Part shown: positions 27,624-38,091 of the stretch, one piece after another
How positions within the stretch are numbered: the stretch's first letter is position 1
Layout: the number at the start of each line of letters is the position of its first letter
Origin: Bdellovibrionales bacterium
Lineage (GTDB): Bacteria; Bdellovibrionota; Bdellovibrionia; Bdellovibrionales; UBA840
Assembly: GCA_045110695.1 (NCBI GenBank)
Contig: JBGCGH010000034.1
Location: 6,233-70,232, forward strand
Length of the DNA: 64,000 nucleotides
Reading direction: 5' to 3'
The notes under the pieces: model-generated
Seen by the model: the letters and a program-made list of their open reading frames with translations, nothing else
The model's database searches: none
Told to the model about the DNA's origin: nothing
Position numbers and translations under genes: made by a program

Positions 27624-29048
27624 TTAAACTAATTGATACCTCATTTTTACATTCGTGTACTCCAAAATACCTAATTTCCCACCTTCACGACCAAAACCAG
27701 ATTCCTTAACGCCTCCGAAGGGTGCATAAGGATGAGATACTCTCCCAGAGTTAACACCAATCATTCCATAGTCCAATGCCTTGGTTACTCGCTCAATCCG
27801 TGAAGCATCTTTTGTATAAAAATAACTCGCCAGACCATACTCAGTCTCGTTTGCTAATTCTATTACATCCTCTTCGGAATCAAATTCATAGATAGCTGAA
27901 ATGGGTCCAAAGATTTCCTCTTTAAACAGCCTGTGATTCTTAGATTCACTAACAACTAACGTTGGTGGGTAAAAGAATCCTCTGTCTTCATTTATATCAG
28001 TCGTGTGTATTATAGTATTAGGCACTTTTCTTATTTCCTCAATCAACTGCTCCATTTTATCAGTAGCAAGTTTATTGATCATTGGACCTACTTTTACGTT
28101 TTCCACTAAACCATTACCTATTTTAAGTTGAAAAACTTTTTCCTTAAATCTCGATACAAACTCCTTGGCTATGCTTCTATGTACAAAGAATCTATTTGTA
28201 CAAACACAGGTTTGCCCAGAATTGCGATACTTACTTGCCATGGCACCCTCTACGGCTTTATCAAGGTCGGCATCATCAAATACAATAAATGCAGCGTTTC
28301 CACCCAGCTCTAGAGATAGCTTTTTAACTGTCGCGGCACTTTGTGAAATTAAAATTTTACCCACTCTAGTCGATCCGGTGAAACTTACTTTTTTTACAAC
28401 ACTTGAATCCATCATTTGCTTTGCAATCGGCTCTGGCTGGCCGGTGAGTATATTAACAACACCTTTTGGTAAACCAGCATCTTCACAAATTTTCCCTAGT
28501 AGTAGCGCAGAAAAAGGAGTTTGATGGTCTGGCTTAGCTACTACGGTACACCCTGCTGCAAGTGCTGCGGATAGCTTTCTGGCCAGCATAGCTTGGGGAA
28601 AGTTCCATGGAGTAATTAACCCCACTACTCCAATTGGCTCCCTCGTAAGCTCAATCTTGCTTGCCTTTGGGCTCGTCAGTATTTCACCATTTATTCGTTT
28701 GCATTCTTCAGAATATAACTCAAAATATCCGGCACCATAAATTATTTCTCCACGGGCCTCGCTTAAACTTTTACCATTTTCCAGAGTAAGAACCTTTGCA
28801 TAGTCATCCACTCTTTCTATAATTAGCTCATAAATTTTTCTTAAGAATTTTGAGCGATCAAAAGCATCTAAGCTCTTCCATAGACTTAATGCGTCCTTGG
28901 CAGCAGAGATTGCTATCTGAGCTTCTGAAGCACCTAAGTTTGGTACGCTACCTATAATCTCTTCCGTTGCTGGGTTTAAAACTTTGATGCTTTCCTCAGC
29001 CGTTTCAATCCATTCTCCGCCCACAAAAGCTTTTTCTATCAAATTCAT
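27624..29048 (-). CDS. NAD(P)+ aldehyde dehydrogenase (succinate-semialdehyde dehydrogenase-like)
   Basis: ELGGNAAFIVFDDAD, GQTCVCTNR (catalytic Cys), EEIFGPI. Start at ATG 29048, 6 nt after GGGAG. Confidence 0.85.
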   Translation of the reverse strand: MNLIEKAFVGGEWIETAEESIKVLNPATEEIIGSVPNLGASEAQIAISAAKDALSLWKSLDAFDRSKFLRKIYELIIERVDDYAKVLTLENGKSLSEARGEIIYGAGYFELYSEECKRINGEILTSPKASKIELTREPIGVVGLITPWNFPQAMLARKLSAALAAGCTVVAKPDHQTPFSALLLGKICEDAGLPKGVVNILTGQPEPIAKQMMDSSVVKKVSFTGSTRVGKILISQSAATVKKLSLELGGNAAFIVFDDADLDKAVEGAMASKYRNSGQTCVCTNRFFVHRSIAKEFVSRFKEKVFQLKIGNGLVENVKVGPMINKLATDKMEQLIEEIRKVPNTIIHTTDINEDRGFFYPPTLVVSESKNHRLFKEEIFGPISAIYEFDSEEDVIELANETEYGLASYFYTKDASRIERVTKALDYGMIGVNSGRVSHPYAPFGGVKESGFGREGGKLGILEYTNVKMRYQLV

Positions 29049-29130
29049 AGCATTCTCCCGTTGCATCCAATAAGTAGCTATGACTTAATGTAGCCCATAA
29101 GTATTTGAAGAATCTTAACGAGGATTTGGG

Positions 29131-29928
29131 ATGAAAGTAAATAGTAAAACCGTATTAATCACCGGCGCTAGTAGAGGAATCGGTTATTCTCTCGCTAAAG
29201 CCTTTGCAAAAAGAAATTGTTCGCTGCACTTAGTCCAACGCTCAGATATCGATACAGATAAAATTGCCGAACTAAAAAATTTAGGTGCGGCAGCTGTTAG
29301 CTCCATTCCCTGTGATCTTTCAAATGAAGAAGAGATTCGCAAACTCACTGCTTTTTTTGATCAATCAAAAATTGAAGTGGATATATTAATAAATAATGCT
29401 GGTATCCTAACGGGTGGACTTTTTGAACAGCAGGACTTCCAAAAAATCAAAAAAGCATTTCAGGTCAACATACTTTCCTACATTCAGTTGAGTCAGTATT
29501 TTGTAAGTAAAATGCTAGATAGAGACTCTGGCTACATTATTAACAACGCCAGTGTTTCTGGAAAAATGTTTTTACCCTGTGCTTCTACATACGCTGCCAC
29601 AAAAGCAGGAGTAGTGGCCTTCACAGAGAGCCTTGAGCAGGAGCTTCGCCCAACTGGTGTGAACGCAATGGTTATGATTACTCCTGGAGTAAAAACCGAA
29701 ATGTTTGATGAGATCCCAGACCTTTACGATAAGCATCTTGATGTTAAAACCTTGCCCTCTATAAGCTCTGATGAATGGGCTGAAGAGGTGATTTCTGCGG
29801 TGGAAAAAGACAGCATTAGCTTAAACCCTAAAGGTATGGAGAAGTGGAGTGTAAAAACCTACCGTTTTTTACCAGGCCTCTTCAAAAATCTGGCCCAAAA
29901 AAGCTTTAGTCGCCAACCTAAAGATTGA
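29131..29928 (+). CDS. short-chain dehydrogenase/reductase (SDR)
   Basis: TGASRGIG, NNAG, Y-x-x-x-K (YAATK). Confidence 0.85.
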   Translation: MKVNSKTVLITGASRGIGYSLAKAFAKRNCSLHLVQRSDIDTDKIAELKNLGAAAVSSIPCDLSNEEEIRKLTAFFDQSKIEVDILINNAGILTGGLFEQQDFQKIKKAFQVNILSYIQLSQYFVSKMLDRDSGYIINNASVSGKMFLPCASTYAATKAGVVAFTESLEQELRPTGVNAMVMITPGVKTEMFDEIPDLYDKHLDVKTLPSISSDEWAEEVISAVEKDSISLNPKGMEKWSVKTYRFLPGLFKNLAQKSFSRQPKD

Positions 29929-30049
29929 TTTTTTTTGAACCAATAATGATTTATTAGAAACAAATGAAACAAAAAATAGCAATACCCGATCTTCTTTGAC
30001 AGCTTGGGTAAATTAAACCAATCTTCAGTCTCTTAAAGGAGAACGAATA

Positions 30050-30604
30050 ATGAAAATTTTAATTAGCACTTTTTTACTTGTGTTTTCGTTGAGTGCATAC
30101 TCAGCAACAGTAGGTCAATACAACTACGGCCAAGGTGGATTCACTTTATATGATGCGGACGTAATTAACTATAGCGGACTCAATATTGAAGGCTCAGGTC
30201 TTCTAAAGGATAAAATCCTAGGTCAGATCGAATACTACAACCTAAGTGACAGTGGGTTTAGCATTAGCTTACTTAGAATTGGTGGAGCATATAGATTTGA
30301 AATTAATCCTAAGTTTGATTTCTTTGCTGGAGCTTTTCTATATAGTAATGGTGGCGACGGTGAATCTAATTCAGAAATCGCACTTGAGGCTATAGCTAAA
30401 TACAGATTCAACACGGAACTTGTTGGTGAAGGACGTATTATTTTAGTTGATGGCGATATAAGACTAGAGGCAATGGCAGACTACAGTATAAATAAAAATG
30501 TTTCTGTCGGTGGTGGCTTAGGTCTTTTTGATGAAGTTACTGCCATTGAGTTTTTTGCTCGTTATCATTACGATTCTTCGTTCTGGGATAACACTATTAA
30601 ATAA
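30050..30604 (+). CDS. small outer-membrane beta-barrel protein
   Basis: Signal peptide MKILISTFLLVFSLSAYSA. Gly/Tyr-rich alternating strands. Confidence 0.55.
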   Translation: MKILISTFLLVFSLSAYSATVGQYNYGQGGFTLYDADVINYSGLNIEGSGLLKDKILGQIEYYNLSDSGFSISLLRIGGAYRFEINPKFDFFAGAFLYSNGGDGESNSEIALEAIAKYRFNTELVGEGRIILVDGDIRLEAMADYSINKNVSVGGGLGLFDEVTAIEFFARYHYDSSFWDNTIK

Positions 30605-30614
30605 AAGACTAAAA

Positions 30615-30646
30615 AAGAGGGTTTAATATCTAACCCTCTTTATTTT
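30615..30646 (+). terminator. rho-independent terminator
   Basis: AAGAGGGTT / AACCCTCTT 9-bp stem, 8-nt loop, then T-rich tail. Confidence 0.7.
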
Positions 30647-30864
30647 CTTCTAGATTTTTTTCTCTGATTCAATTCTCTCGAAGTCCTTAGATAGGTCATT
30701 TTATTTCATCTGATATTAAGAAATAGTTTTTTTTAAAAGAAAATATTTTAAATTAGATAGCGGACACATCGACGAATAGAACATAGCTTTCAGAACACTG
30801 TAAATAAATTTAACTAATTTACTATAAACCTAGTAGACTATATTTTTTTCAATTTTATCTTGCG

Positions 30865-31629
30865 ATGAGGTACTTATGGTATGATCCCTCGATGCGCTGT
30901 CTATCCACCCTTTTCTTTATTTCGCTTATCTCCATCTATTCTATGGCGAGTTCTCCATCAGTTGCTTGTGGTCCTAAATATCCAGCCCCCTCTGTCCAGT
31001 CCAAAATAGATAACGAAGTGGTGGCAAGCTATCTCGCTGCTAATCTAAATTTCCCACAAATTTCTACAGGTACCAGCTTATCTATTTTTGCCAAGCTAAT
31101 TTTAAACCACAGAGACCCTGCAACGGCACAAATTAATTTAAACCCAACCTGGCAGAAGAGAATTTATCAATCTATGCTAGCTGCTCACAATAAAAATGGT
31201 GTTACAAAAAATGTGAGTTTTGAGGATGCCCTAAGAATTTTCCCTATTCACTTTACTGGGGCTCAGAGATTTCATATGGCACTTATAGATACTTTGGGTA
31301 ATGCAATACCCTCGAAAATTGCGCGTATGGAAGATAAACAAAATTTAAAGCTCGATGATATCTACGAAACCAAAGATATACACATTCTTCAAATCTTAGC
31401 TAATTCGATATGGACAGTCTTGCATTCTCCTGCCATAAAAACTGATTCGAAGGAATATATAAAAATGGTAATAGAAAACTCTGAGCTCAGGCGCCAGGGA
31501 AATTTCTCCAGCAATGCAGAACTTGTGTTTTCAAGACACCTTAAAAACGAAATCGTAAAGTCTTTAAAAAACAAGCTAGAACCTAGAGATATAGAAGTCA
31601 TAAATTCTGTTCTAGCCAGTAGTTTTTAA
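30865..31629 (+). CDS. hypothetical secreted protein
   Basis: Hydrophobic N-terminus (alternative start at MRCLSTLFFISL, 30892). No family recognised. Confidence 0.45.
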   Translation: MRYLWYDPSMRCLSTLFFISLISIYSMASSPSVACGPKYPAPSVQSKIDNEVVASYLAANLNFPQISTGTSLSIFAKLILNHRDPATAQINLNPTWQKRIYQSMLAAHNKNGVTKNVSFEDALRIFPIHFTGAQRFHMALIDTLGNAIPSKIARMEDKQNLKLDDIYETKDIHILQILANSIWTVLHSPAIKTDSKEYIKMVIENSELRRQGNFSSNAELVFSRHLKNEIVKSLKNKLEPRDIEVINSVLASSF

Positions 31630-32011
31630 ATCAAAAAATCAAACCTTCCCATACCCAACAACAAAAAGTAGCCCAAGAGTTGGAGAAACATGCTCCCCCT
31701 AAACTTCTAAAAAAACAACTACGATCGGTTCTACTTTAAATATTTTCCGAAATTATCATTTTTTGAGATCTATCTACCCCTTAGAATTAATCTTATGAAA
31801 ACACGAAATACTCACACAAGATTGGGACAAGTTTTTATTTTGATTAGCAATGTACCCTAAGTAATCCTTTTATTGAATCAATAGACAAGCTCAACTCCTA
31901 CTCCCTTTTGTTAAGTTTTCAAATTCTCAGTCCCCTACCATTCTTGATAGAACCGGCCAAGCATAAATCCCCTTCTGCCTTGCTGATTGATCTATTTTAG
32001 GATATCTCCTG

Positions 32012-32788
32012 ATGATGCGAATTCGATTGGATATATCCTATGACGGAACCGATTATATTGGCTGGCAAATTCAACCCCTGCCGCAGCCCACAGTACAAAT
32101 CGTACTGCAAGACGCTCTAAAAAAGCTTTTCCCCTACGATATTAAGACCTGCGGCTCTGGAAGAACGGATACCGGCGTACACGCAAAACACCAAGTGGTA
32201 CAATTTGATCTCCCTGATGACCTTGATTTAAAAAGGTATAAAGTGGCCACTGCACTAAACAGCATTTTACCTAGCTCCATCTGCGTACAAAAAGCAAGCA
32301 TTGCTCCAAAAGGCTGGCATGTGCTTCATGGCACTAAAGAGAAAACTTATATCTATCGCCTTTATACAAGCGCCCAACCCAATGCTTTACTAGATCGCTT
32401 TACTACCAGATACACTTACGATTTTAATATGGAATTGATTCAGCAGTACTCAAAGTATATTTTAGGGGAACATGATTTTAAAAGCTTCCAAAGTGCCGGT
32501 ACCGTTTTAGCAACAACAGTGCGAAAAGTTTTGGTCTCCGAGTGGAGAACAATAGAAGACGGAATCTATGAATATAAAATCACCGGCACAGGCTTTCTAA
32601 AACAAATGGTAAGAAATTTAGTGGGCACCATGTTAGAGCTACAACGCCAAAACACTCCGCCTGAGGAAATGAAAAATATTCTCCTCAAGCTAGATAGAAC
32701 TGCCGCAGGCCCAACAGCTCCTGCCCGTGGTCTACGAATGGAGAAAGTAAGCTACTCTGATGAGTTCGGCTTTACCCCCCTCAAATAA
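32012..32788 (+). CDS. truA: tRNA pseudouridine(38-40) synthase
   Basis: YDGTDYIGWQIQP and catalytic GRTDTGVHA. Confidence 0.9.
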   Translation: MMRIRLDISYDGTDYIGWQIQPLPQPTVQIVLQDALKKLFPYDIKTCGSGRTDTGVHAKHQVVQFDLPDDLDLKRYKVATALNSILPSSICVQKASIAPKGWHVLHGTKEKTYIYRLYTSAQPNALLDRFTTRYTYDFNMELIQQYSKYILGEHDFKSFQSAGTVLATTVRKVLVSEWRTIEDGIYEYKITGTGFLKQMVRNLVGTMLELQRQNTPPEEMKNILLKLDRTAAGPTAPARGLRMEKVSYSDEFGFTPLK

Positions 32789-33047
32789 GATTTAAAAGCT
32801 TACCGGACTCCCCACAATCTAAAACCTGGGAAAATAGGCAAAACCATGCAACTCTATAAGTACCTGAATATACTAACTTTTATCACCTCCAGCCTCCAAA
32901 TTAGTTATTTGCTTTTTGATCTTTTGGCCCTCTATAAGTTGTTGCTTTTGTGATCAAAGCATTGTAGTTTCACCGTTCTGAATTGGCAGAAAGACCCCGT
33001 TATAATCTTTTTAACCATTCAAGCTATTGAAATATTTGAGGTATTTA

Positions 33048-33476
33048 ATGAAAACTTATGTTGCAAAACCAGGTGAGATAGAAAGAAAGTGGTATGTAGT
33101 TGATGCTACGGACAAATCTATTGGTCGCCTAGCTACGCAAGTAGCAACTGTTCTTCGCGGGAAACACAAACCGCAATACACTTCTCACGTTGATACTGGT
33201 GACTTTGTTGTTGTTATCAATGCAGAAAAAGTGAAAATGTCTGGTAAAAAGTGGACTGACAAAATGTATTACAGTCACACGGGTTACTTTGGCGGACTTA
33301 AAGAAATCACGGCAGAAAAGCAAAGAGATAAGGACGCGTCTGAAATCGTTCGCTTAGCTGTTCAAGGTATGCTTCCAAAGTCTAAGTTAGGTAAACAACA
33401 ATTAAAGAAACTAAAAGCTTATAACGGAACGGAGCACCCTCATGATGCTCAACAAGTTCAAGCCTTGAGCGTTTAA
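33048..33476 (+). CDS. rplM: 50S ribosomal protein L13
   Basis: [20 protein letters not shown]...[17 protein letters not shown]. Start moved to ATG 33048. Confidence 0.95.
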   Translation: MKTYVAKPGEIERKWYVVDATDKSIGRLATQVATVLRGKHKPQYTSHVDTGDFVVVINAEKVKMSGKKWTDKMYYSHTGYFGGLKEITAEKQRDKDASEIVRLAVQGMLPKSKLGKQQLKKLKAYNGTEHPHDAQQVQALSV

Positions 33477-33487
33477 GGAGTTAACGA

Positions 33488-33877
33488 ATGGCAAATACTT
33501 ACTATGCAACTGGACGAAGAAAAACAAGTGCTGCTCGCGTATTCCTAACCGAGGGTACTGGTAAAATCACAATCAATGGTAAAACTATTGAAGAATACCT
33601 AACTATCCCATCTAGCCAAACTGTTGCAAGACAGGCTTTGGAGCTAACTGAAATGGCAGGCAAAATTGATGCTAAGATTACAGTAGCTGGTGGTGGAGTT
33701 GGATCTCAAGCAGGAGCTATCCGACACGGACTATCTCGTGCATTAACTTTATTAAATGAGAATTTCCATGGCGATCTTAAGAAAGCCGGCTTCCTTACTC
33801 GTGACCCTAGAATGGTGGAGAGAAAGAAGTATGGTCGTGCAAAAGCAAGAAAGAGCTTCCAGTTCTCAAAACGTTAA
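33488..33877 (+). CDS. rpsI: 30S ribosomal protein S9
   Basis: YATGRRKTSAARVFL...GGGVGSQAGAIRHGLSRAL...RKKYGRAKARKSFQFSKR. Confidence 0.95.
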   Translation: MANTYYATGRRKTSAARVFLTEGTGKITINGKTIEEYLTIPSSQTVARQALELTEMAGKIDAKITVAGGGVGSQAGAIRHGLSRALTLLNENFHGDLKKAGFLTRDPRMVERKKYGRAKARKSFQFSKR

Positions 33878-33901
33878 TTTTTACGTTTTATTCAAAACTT
33901 C

Positions 33902-33931
33902 AAAAAGCCAGGTTCTTACCTGGCTTTTTTT
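33902..33931. terminator. rho-independent terminator after rpsI (A-tract upstream, possibly bidirectional)
   Basis: A5-GCCAGG-TTCTTA-CCTGGC-T7. Confidence 0.8.
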
Positions 33932-33954
33932 GTTTCTAGCAAAATTGGCTAATA

Positions 33955-34842
33955 TTAATGCTGGCTGTACTCTCTTTCGGCAGAAAAGACACCACTTACC
34001 GGGCGCTGCTCTAAAATGTAGTCCACTACTCTTTGTATCTCAAAAGAGTTTTTAAACTCCACATGTAGGTGGTTATCATGACCAGAGACCCTTCTAAAAA
34101 CCACAGGGTTATTTGCCTGGTCTCTCGCTTCTATCGCCGCCAGAATATCAGAATCACTGAGTAGCTCTGGGTCGTTAAAGAAAATGACATTTAGCTCTGG
34201 AACGTCAATCAGTGTCAAAATAAGGGTCTTATTCATCTCCCGGTCATAGTCTTTCGGGCGCCAAGTCACTGGCTTGAAGCCCGGAAACGGGCGAACATCA
34301 ATAATGGTTCCCGATCTGTGTCTACAATGAAGATCATGGTCGTCATCCAGATGTTTTGTGATTCCCGTTAAAGTTATAGGCCTGCCAATCTCTACGAGTA
34401 ATATTTGGTTTAGCCTTTCTAGGATTTCAAACAATGGATCTACTCCAAATACCTCATAGCGCTTTGGGTTACTTGGAGATACGTTGTCTGGAAAACGATA
34501 GTATAAATAATTTCCTCCGAAAGGAAACATCGCGAAACTGTCATTTATGTATTTCCAGGCAATTCTTGCGGCACCCATCTCGGCGTAACTAAAGTTGTTT
34601 CTACAGCTTTTACCGTTTGGAATCCCTTGCATGCCGTCAAACTCAGCCCAAAAATTATCGTCCTCTAAAAAAGGATAGCGACTAATAAGATCATCTGGAG
34701 TTTCTACAGGTACTGGCTCGGGTAATACAGGGGTTGGAGCCTCAAGCTCTACGTTGTCGGAGTCTTGTATGACCTCAAAGGGGTTTTCCACACAACTTGT
34801 GGATAAACCAAAAAATAAAAGCAAAACGGGCCAATTGCGCAT
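33955..34842 (-). CDS. LAS-family Zn peptidase lipoprotein, penicillin-insensitive murein endopeptidase (MepA/M74)-like
   Basis: Lipobox LSTSC. H-x6-D (HRSGTIID) and C-terminal GHDNHLHVEF (H-x-H), as in LAS metallopeptidases. Confidence 0.6.
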   Translation of the reverse strand: MRNWPVLLLFFGLSTSCVENPFEVIQDSDNVELEAPTPVLPEPVPVETPDDLISRYPFLEDDNFWAEFDGMQGIPNGKSCRNNFSYAEMGAARIAWKYINDSFAMFPFGGNYLYYRFPDNVSPSNPKRYEVFGVDPLFEILERLNQILLVEIGRPITLTGITKHLDDDHDLHCRHRSGTIIDVRPFPGFKPVTWRPKDYDREMNKTLILTLIDVPELNVIFFNDPELLSDSDILAAIEARDQANNPVVFRRVSGHDNHLHVEFKNSFEIQRVVDYILEQRPVSGVFSAEREYSQH

Positions 34843-34957
34843 GCCCTATGATACTAAATCGAGGATTATGCAAAAAGTCCAATTCAGTGGCATCACGAGA
34901 CCTGTGCCCAGAGATCTGCAAAATTGCGATCAAAGGCTAAGCCTAATAGAATAGATT

Positions 34958-35959
34958 TTACTGGTTTAAGATATAGTTGGATGGGTCAACAGGTACACTG
35001 TTGATCCTAACTTCGTAGTGAAGGTGAGGTCCAGTAGAGCGTCCAGTGTTTCCCACCGCACCAATCACATCGCCTCTTTTTACTTTTTGCCCGACAGTTG
35101 CATATATTTTAGAAACATGTCCGTAGCGAGTTAACATTCCGTAACCATGATCTATAGATATTAGTTTTCCATATCCAGCGTCGTATCCTGCGTAGGAAAC
35201 TACACCATCAGCGGGAGCAAAAATAGGTGTTCCCGGAGGGGCCGCTATATCAAGACCGTTATGCATTACTGGTCGACCTGTAAATGGCGACTTTCTATAA
35301 CCAAATTTAGATGTGTACCAACCGTTGGTTGGTTTCATCTGTGGAGTTGCTTTTAGAAGGCTTTGTCTTGAAGACAAAGATTCCCAAAGTCTTAATATAT
35401 TTTGTTCTTTTAATTTAGACTCTTTAGATAGTTTATCGATTCTAACACTAAGAGTAGCAAAGTTCTCTGCTTTGTCGGAAAAGAGCTCGCGCTTTTTAGT
35501 GTCTAGTGGAGGGTTCTGGAAAAATAGTTTGTCCTTACTTACCACAACAGAAGCTGGGCTTCTCTCATGAACATGCTCATGCATTTCTCGAACAGCCTGA
35601 CCAGGTCTAGGAAGTGGCCCCATCGCTAATCTGATTTCATTATCTTTGTTTTTAATGTTTGTAATCATACCTAGCTTGTTGGCGTAGGAATTGATTCTTT
35701 CCAACTGCTTTTCTAGGGTCACAACTTTATTCTCGACAACAGTGAATTCTTTTTTCAGAAGTGTGTTTTCAGCACTTAACCTTTTGTTCTCAATGGACTG
35801 AAACAAAAGCCCCGTATAGTCCACAACACCTGCCGCTCCAATAACCATCAGAACGATAGCTAAACTACCGAGCGCTTTTAACCAAGCAGCAGAAATAACT
35901 AGATTTCTAGTCTTTCCCTTGGCATCTGAAGTAAGGATAAAGGTGTATGTTTTTCTCAT
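34958..35959 (-). CDS. M23 (LytM-type) peptidoglycan endopeptidase with N-terminal TM and coiled coil
   Basis: HNGLDIAAPPGTPIFAPADG...GHVS...GNTGRSTGPHLHYEV. Confidence 0.85.
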   Translation of the reverse strand: MRKTYTFILTSDAKGKTRNLVISAAWLKALGSLAIVLMVIGAAGVVDYTGLLFQSIENKRLSAENTLLKKEFTVVENKVVTLEKQLERINSYANKLGMITNIKNKDNEIRLAMGPLPRPGQAVREMHEHVHERSPASVVVSKDKLFFQNPPLDTKKRELFSDKAENFATLSVRIDKLSKESKLKEQNILRLWESLSSRQSLLKATPQMKPTNGWYTSKFGYRKSPFTGRPVMHNGLDIAAPPGTPIFAPADGVVSYAGYDAGYGKLISIDHGYGMLTRYGHVSKIYATVGQKVKRGDVIGAVGNTGRSTGPHLHYEVRINSVPVDPSNYILNQ

Positions 35960-36146
35960 AATTTTAGCTCTTATATTTCAATCTATGGAATTCATCGGTT
36001 TGCGTCAAAACATTTTTAAGACCAGAAATGGAATGTTCTAAAATACAGGTCTAGAGTGGAGTACAGATGATTAGAATTTACAGGACTTTTGTAACACAAG
36101 GCGTTGCCTTTTTTGATTCTGCAAATTTTTCCAGTACTAAAGGCCA

Positions 36147-36881
36147 TCAGGACTCGGAAACAGTTAAGCCTACGATGGAGATATTATCATCCCCTCCAGC
36201 TTGGTTACTTTCATAGATCATGCGATCTGGCCATTCTTTAGTATCGAGAAGAAGACAAATTTCATTAATACGATCATTATCTACCATTCCATAAAGGCCG
36301 TCTGAGCAAAGTAAAAATTTAGCCCCTGGCTTTAACTTTCTTTCGAAGACGTCCACGGTAACTTCCGGTTCGTATCCAACACTTCGAGTGATAATATTTT
36401 TACCCTCTACCCTATCGATATCCTCAGGTTTAATTATTCCAGCGCGCATTTGCTCATAAACCAAAGAGTGGTCCTCTGTAATTTGCCAGAGATGAACTCC
36501 CTCCATAGTGTAGCACCGTGAATCACCTACATTACCTATGTAAATGTAGTCATCCACTCTGAGAGCGAGAACCATAGTAGTTCCCATTCCTTTTAGCTTC
36601 TTATTTTCATTACTCTTATCAAAGATCCTTTTGCAGCTCTCATGGAAAACTCGTTCGATCAGCTCCCTAGGAGTTTCTTTCTGCTTCGGTTTTTGACGCC
36701 ACTTTTCTACAAGTTCGCTAACGGTGTCCACGGCAATTTTTGAAGCTACTTCTCCGCCCTTGTGTCCACCCATTCCGTCGGCGACGACAAACAAACCCAA
36801 GGCCTCTGATAGATATATCGAGTCTTGGTTGGCAGCACGCTTGATGCCCTTATCCGTCTTTCCCCAGGCTTGAACTTTCAT
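36147..36881 (-). CDS. PP2C-family Ser/Thr protein phosphatase
   Basis: NQDS...VADGMGGHKGGEVAS...GTT...SDGL...GGDDNIS motifs. Confidence 0.85.
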   Translation of the reverse strand: MKVQAWGKTDKGIKRAANQDSIYLSEALGLFVVADGMGGHKGGEVASKIAVDTVSELVEKWRQKPKQKETPRELIERVFHESCKRIFDKSNENKKLKGMGTTMVLALRVDDYIYIGNVGDSRCYTMEGVHLWQITEDHSLVYEQMRAGIIKPEDIDRVEGKNIITRSVGYEPEVTVDVFERKLKPGAKFLLCSDGLYGMVDNDRINEICLLLDTKEWPDRMIYESNQAGGDDNISIVGLTVSES

Positions 36882-37027
36882 AACTTTAGAATAATGGAGC
36901 GCTGCTTAAATGTCTATTTCTCATATGAAATCTAGATACTTCTCTAAAGTCTAGGAACCTTAGTCTTAAACTAGGCAAGGATTTCCGCTTTTACTCAGTG
37001 TGAGCCGACTTCCGCCGATAAGAATCT

Positions 37028-37849
37028 ATGAATAAATTTTTAACAATCGTTAATATATCAGTTTTCTTATCCTTTATGTTTCATTTGGGTGTATTTAAAC
37101 TTGTTATGTGGACGGGACAGGAAGAGCCTAAGCTTGTTAAAGACAATATGATTGAGTTCACTACAATCCCCTCAAAAACAAAAGAAGAGCAACAAATCGT
37201 TGAACAGGATGAGAAAGCTAGAAACGATGAAGTACCAGAAGAGGAATACTTTTTAAGTAAAAATAATCAGACCATTAAAGACCAAACCAAAGCAAAATTA
37301 ACTGGGAAATTTAATAATAAACAGCAACTCGCTGGGATAGATAAAAACAAAAAGCAAAAGAATAAAACTAAGCTTCAAAAAATAAAGAACCTACTCCCAG
37401 GCTACAAAATGAGCCCAGAGAATGAAACCAATGGTTCCGCTCAAATGGCCGAGCTAGCGAAATCTTCTGATCATTTAAAAGATATCAATGAAGGTGCACA
37501 AACGATGTTAAATACTCGGGAGTTTGTTTACTATACCTATTACTCCCGAATAAAAAAACAGCTTCAGCAGTTTTGGGAACCGGCAATAAAAGATAGAATG
37601 CATAAAATCATGAGATCTGGTCGCCAACCCGCATCTATTAAAACTAGAGTAACAAAGTTGTTAATTATTCTTGATGACGGCGGGACTCTTGTGGGAGTTC
37701 AGGTCGTTGGCGCCAGTGGCGTTTTTGACCTAGATGAAACAGCTATTGAAGCTTTCAAACAAGCGGCCCCTTTTCCAAATCCTCCAAAAGGGATAGTGGA
37801 AAATGATGGTACTGTCAAAATACGATGGGATTTCGTCTTAGAAGCCTAA
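37028..37849 (+). CDS. TonB-family C-terminal-domain protein
   Basis: N-terminal TM, Lys/Gln-rich linker, C-terminal block LDDGGTLVGVQVVGASGVFDLDETAIEAFKQAAPFPNPP typical of TonB_C. Confidence 0.7.
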   Translation: MNKFLTIVNISVFLSFMFHLGVFKLVMWTGQEEPKLVKDNMIEFTTIPSKTKEEQQIVEQDEKARNDEVPEEEYFLSKNNQTIKDQTKAKLTGKFNNKQQLAGIDKNKKQKNKTKLQKIKNLLPGYKMSPENETNGSAQMAELAKSSDHLKDINEGAQTMLNTREFVYYTYYSRIKKQLQQFWEPAIKDRMHKIMRSGRQPASIKTRVTKLLIILDDGGTLVGVQVVGASGVFDLDETAIEAFKQAAPFPNPPKGIVENDGTVKIRWDFVLEA

Positions 37850-38088
37850 ACAGATCGATTAAAACTTGTAGATTTACTTTGGCTGGAGGCAAGTCTAAAT
37901 TGTGGTGGACGCACTCCAGTTACAACTAATCTAACCAAGTGCCCTTCTTTAAAATTAGAATTGGTCCGATCCACGACACGGATCAACATACCATCTACCG
38001 AGATGATGTACTCACCCGCTCTAAGCTGCTCTTTAACCCTGCCTTGCAATATTTGATGCATTTTTAAGTTAGAAAACAATCGAGACAT
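37846..38088 (-). CDS. hypothetical protein (80 aa)
   Basis: ORF starts 3 nt after the stop of the upstream 436-aa gene. No family recognised. Confidence 0.4.
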   Translation of the reverse strand: MSRLFSNLKMHQILQGRVKEQLRAGEYIISVDGMLIRVVDRTNSNFKEGHLVRLVVTGVRPPQFRLASSQSKSTSFNRSV

Positions 38089-38091
38089 AAA

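Noticed and set aside
33001-33006. TATAAT box upstream of rplM as a sigma-70 promoter
   Set aside because: No -35 hexamer at 16-18 nt spacing (TTGGCA at 12 nt, TTCTGA at 19 nt). The call is too uncertain.
33756-34055. 99-aa plus-strand ORF overlapping the end of rpsI
   Set aside because: It is out of frame with S9, crosses the rpsI terminator and is antisense to the LAS-peptidase gene.
37014-37021. Exact GCCGATAA (sigma-28 -10 consensus) 6 nt upstream of the TonB-like gene ATG
   Set aside because: No acceptable TAAA-type -35 element at 10-12 nt spacing (best 3/8). An isolated 8-mer match is not sufficient.
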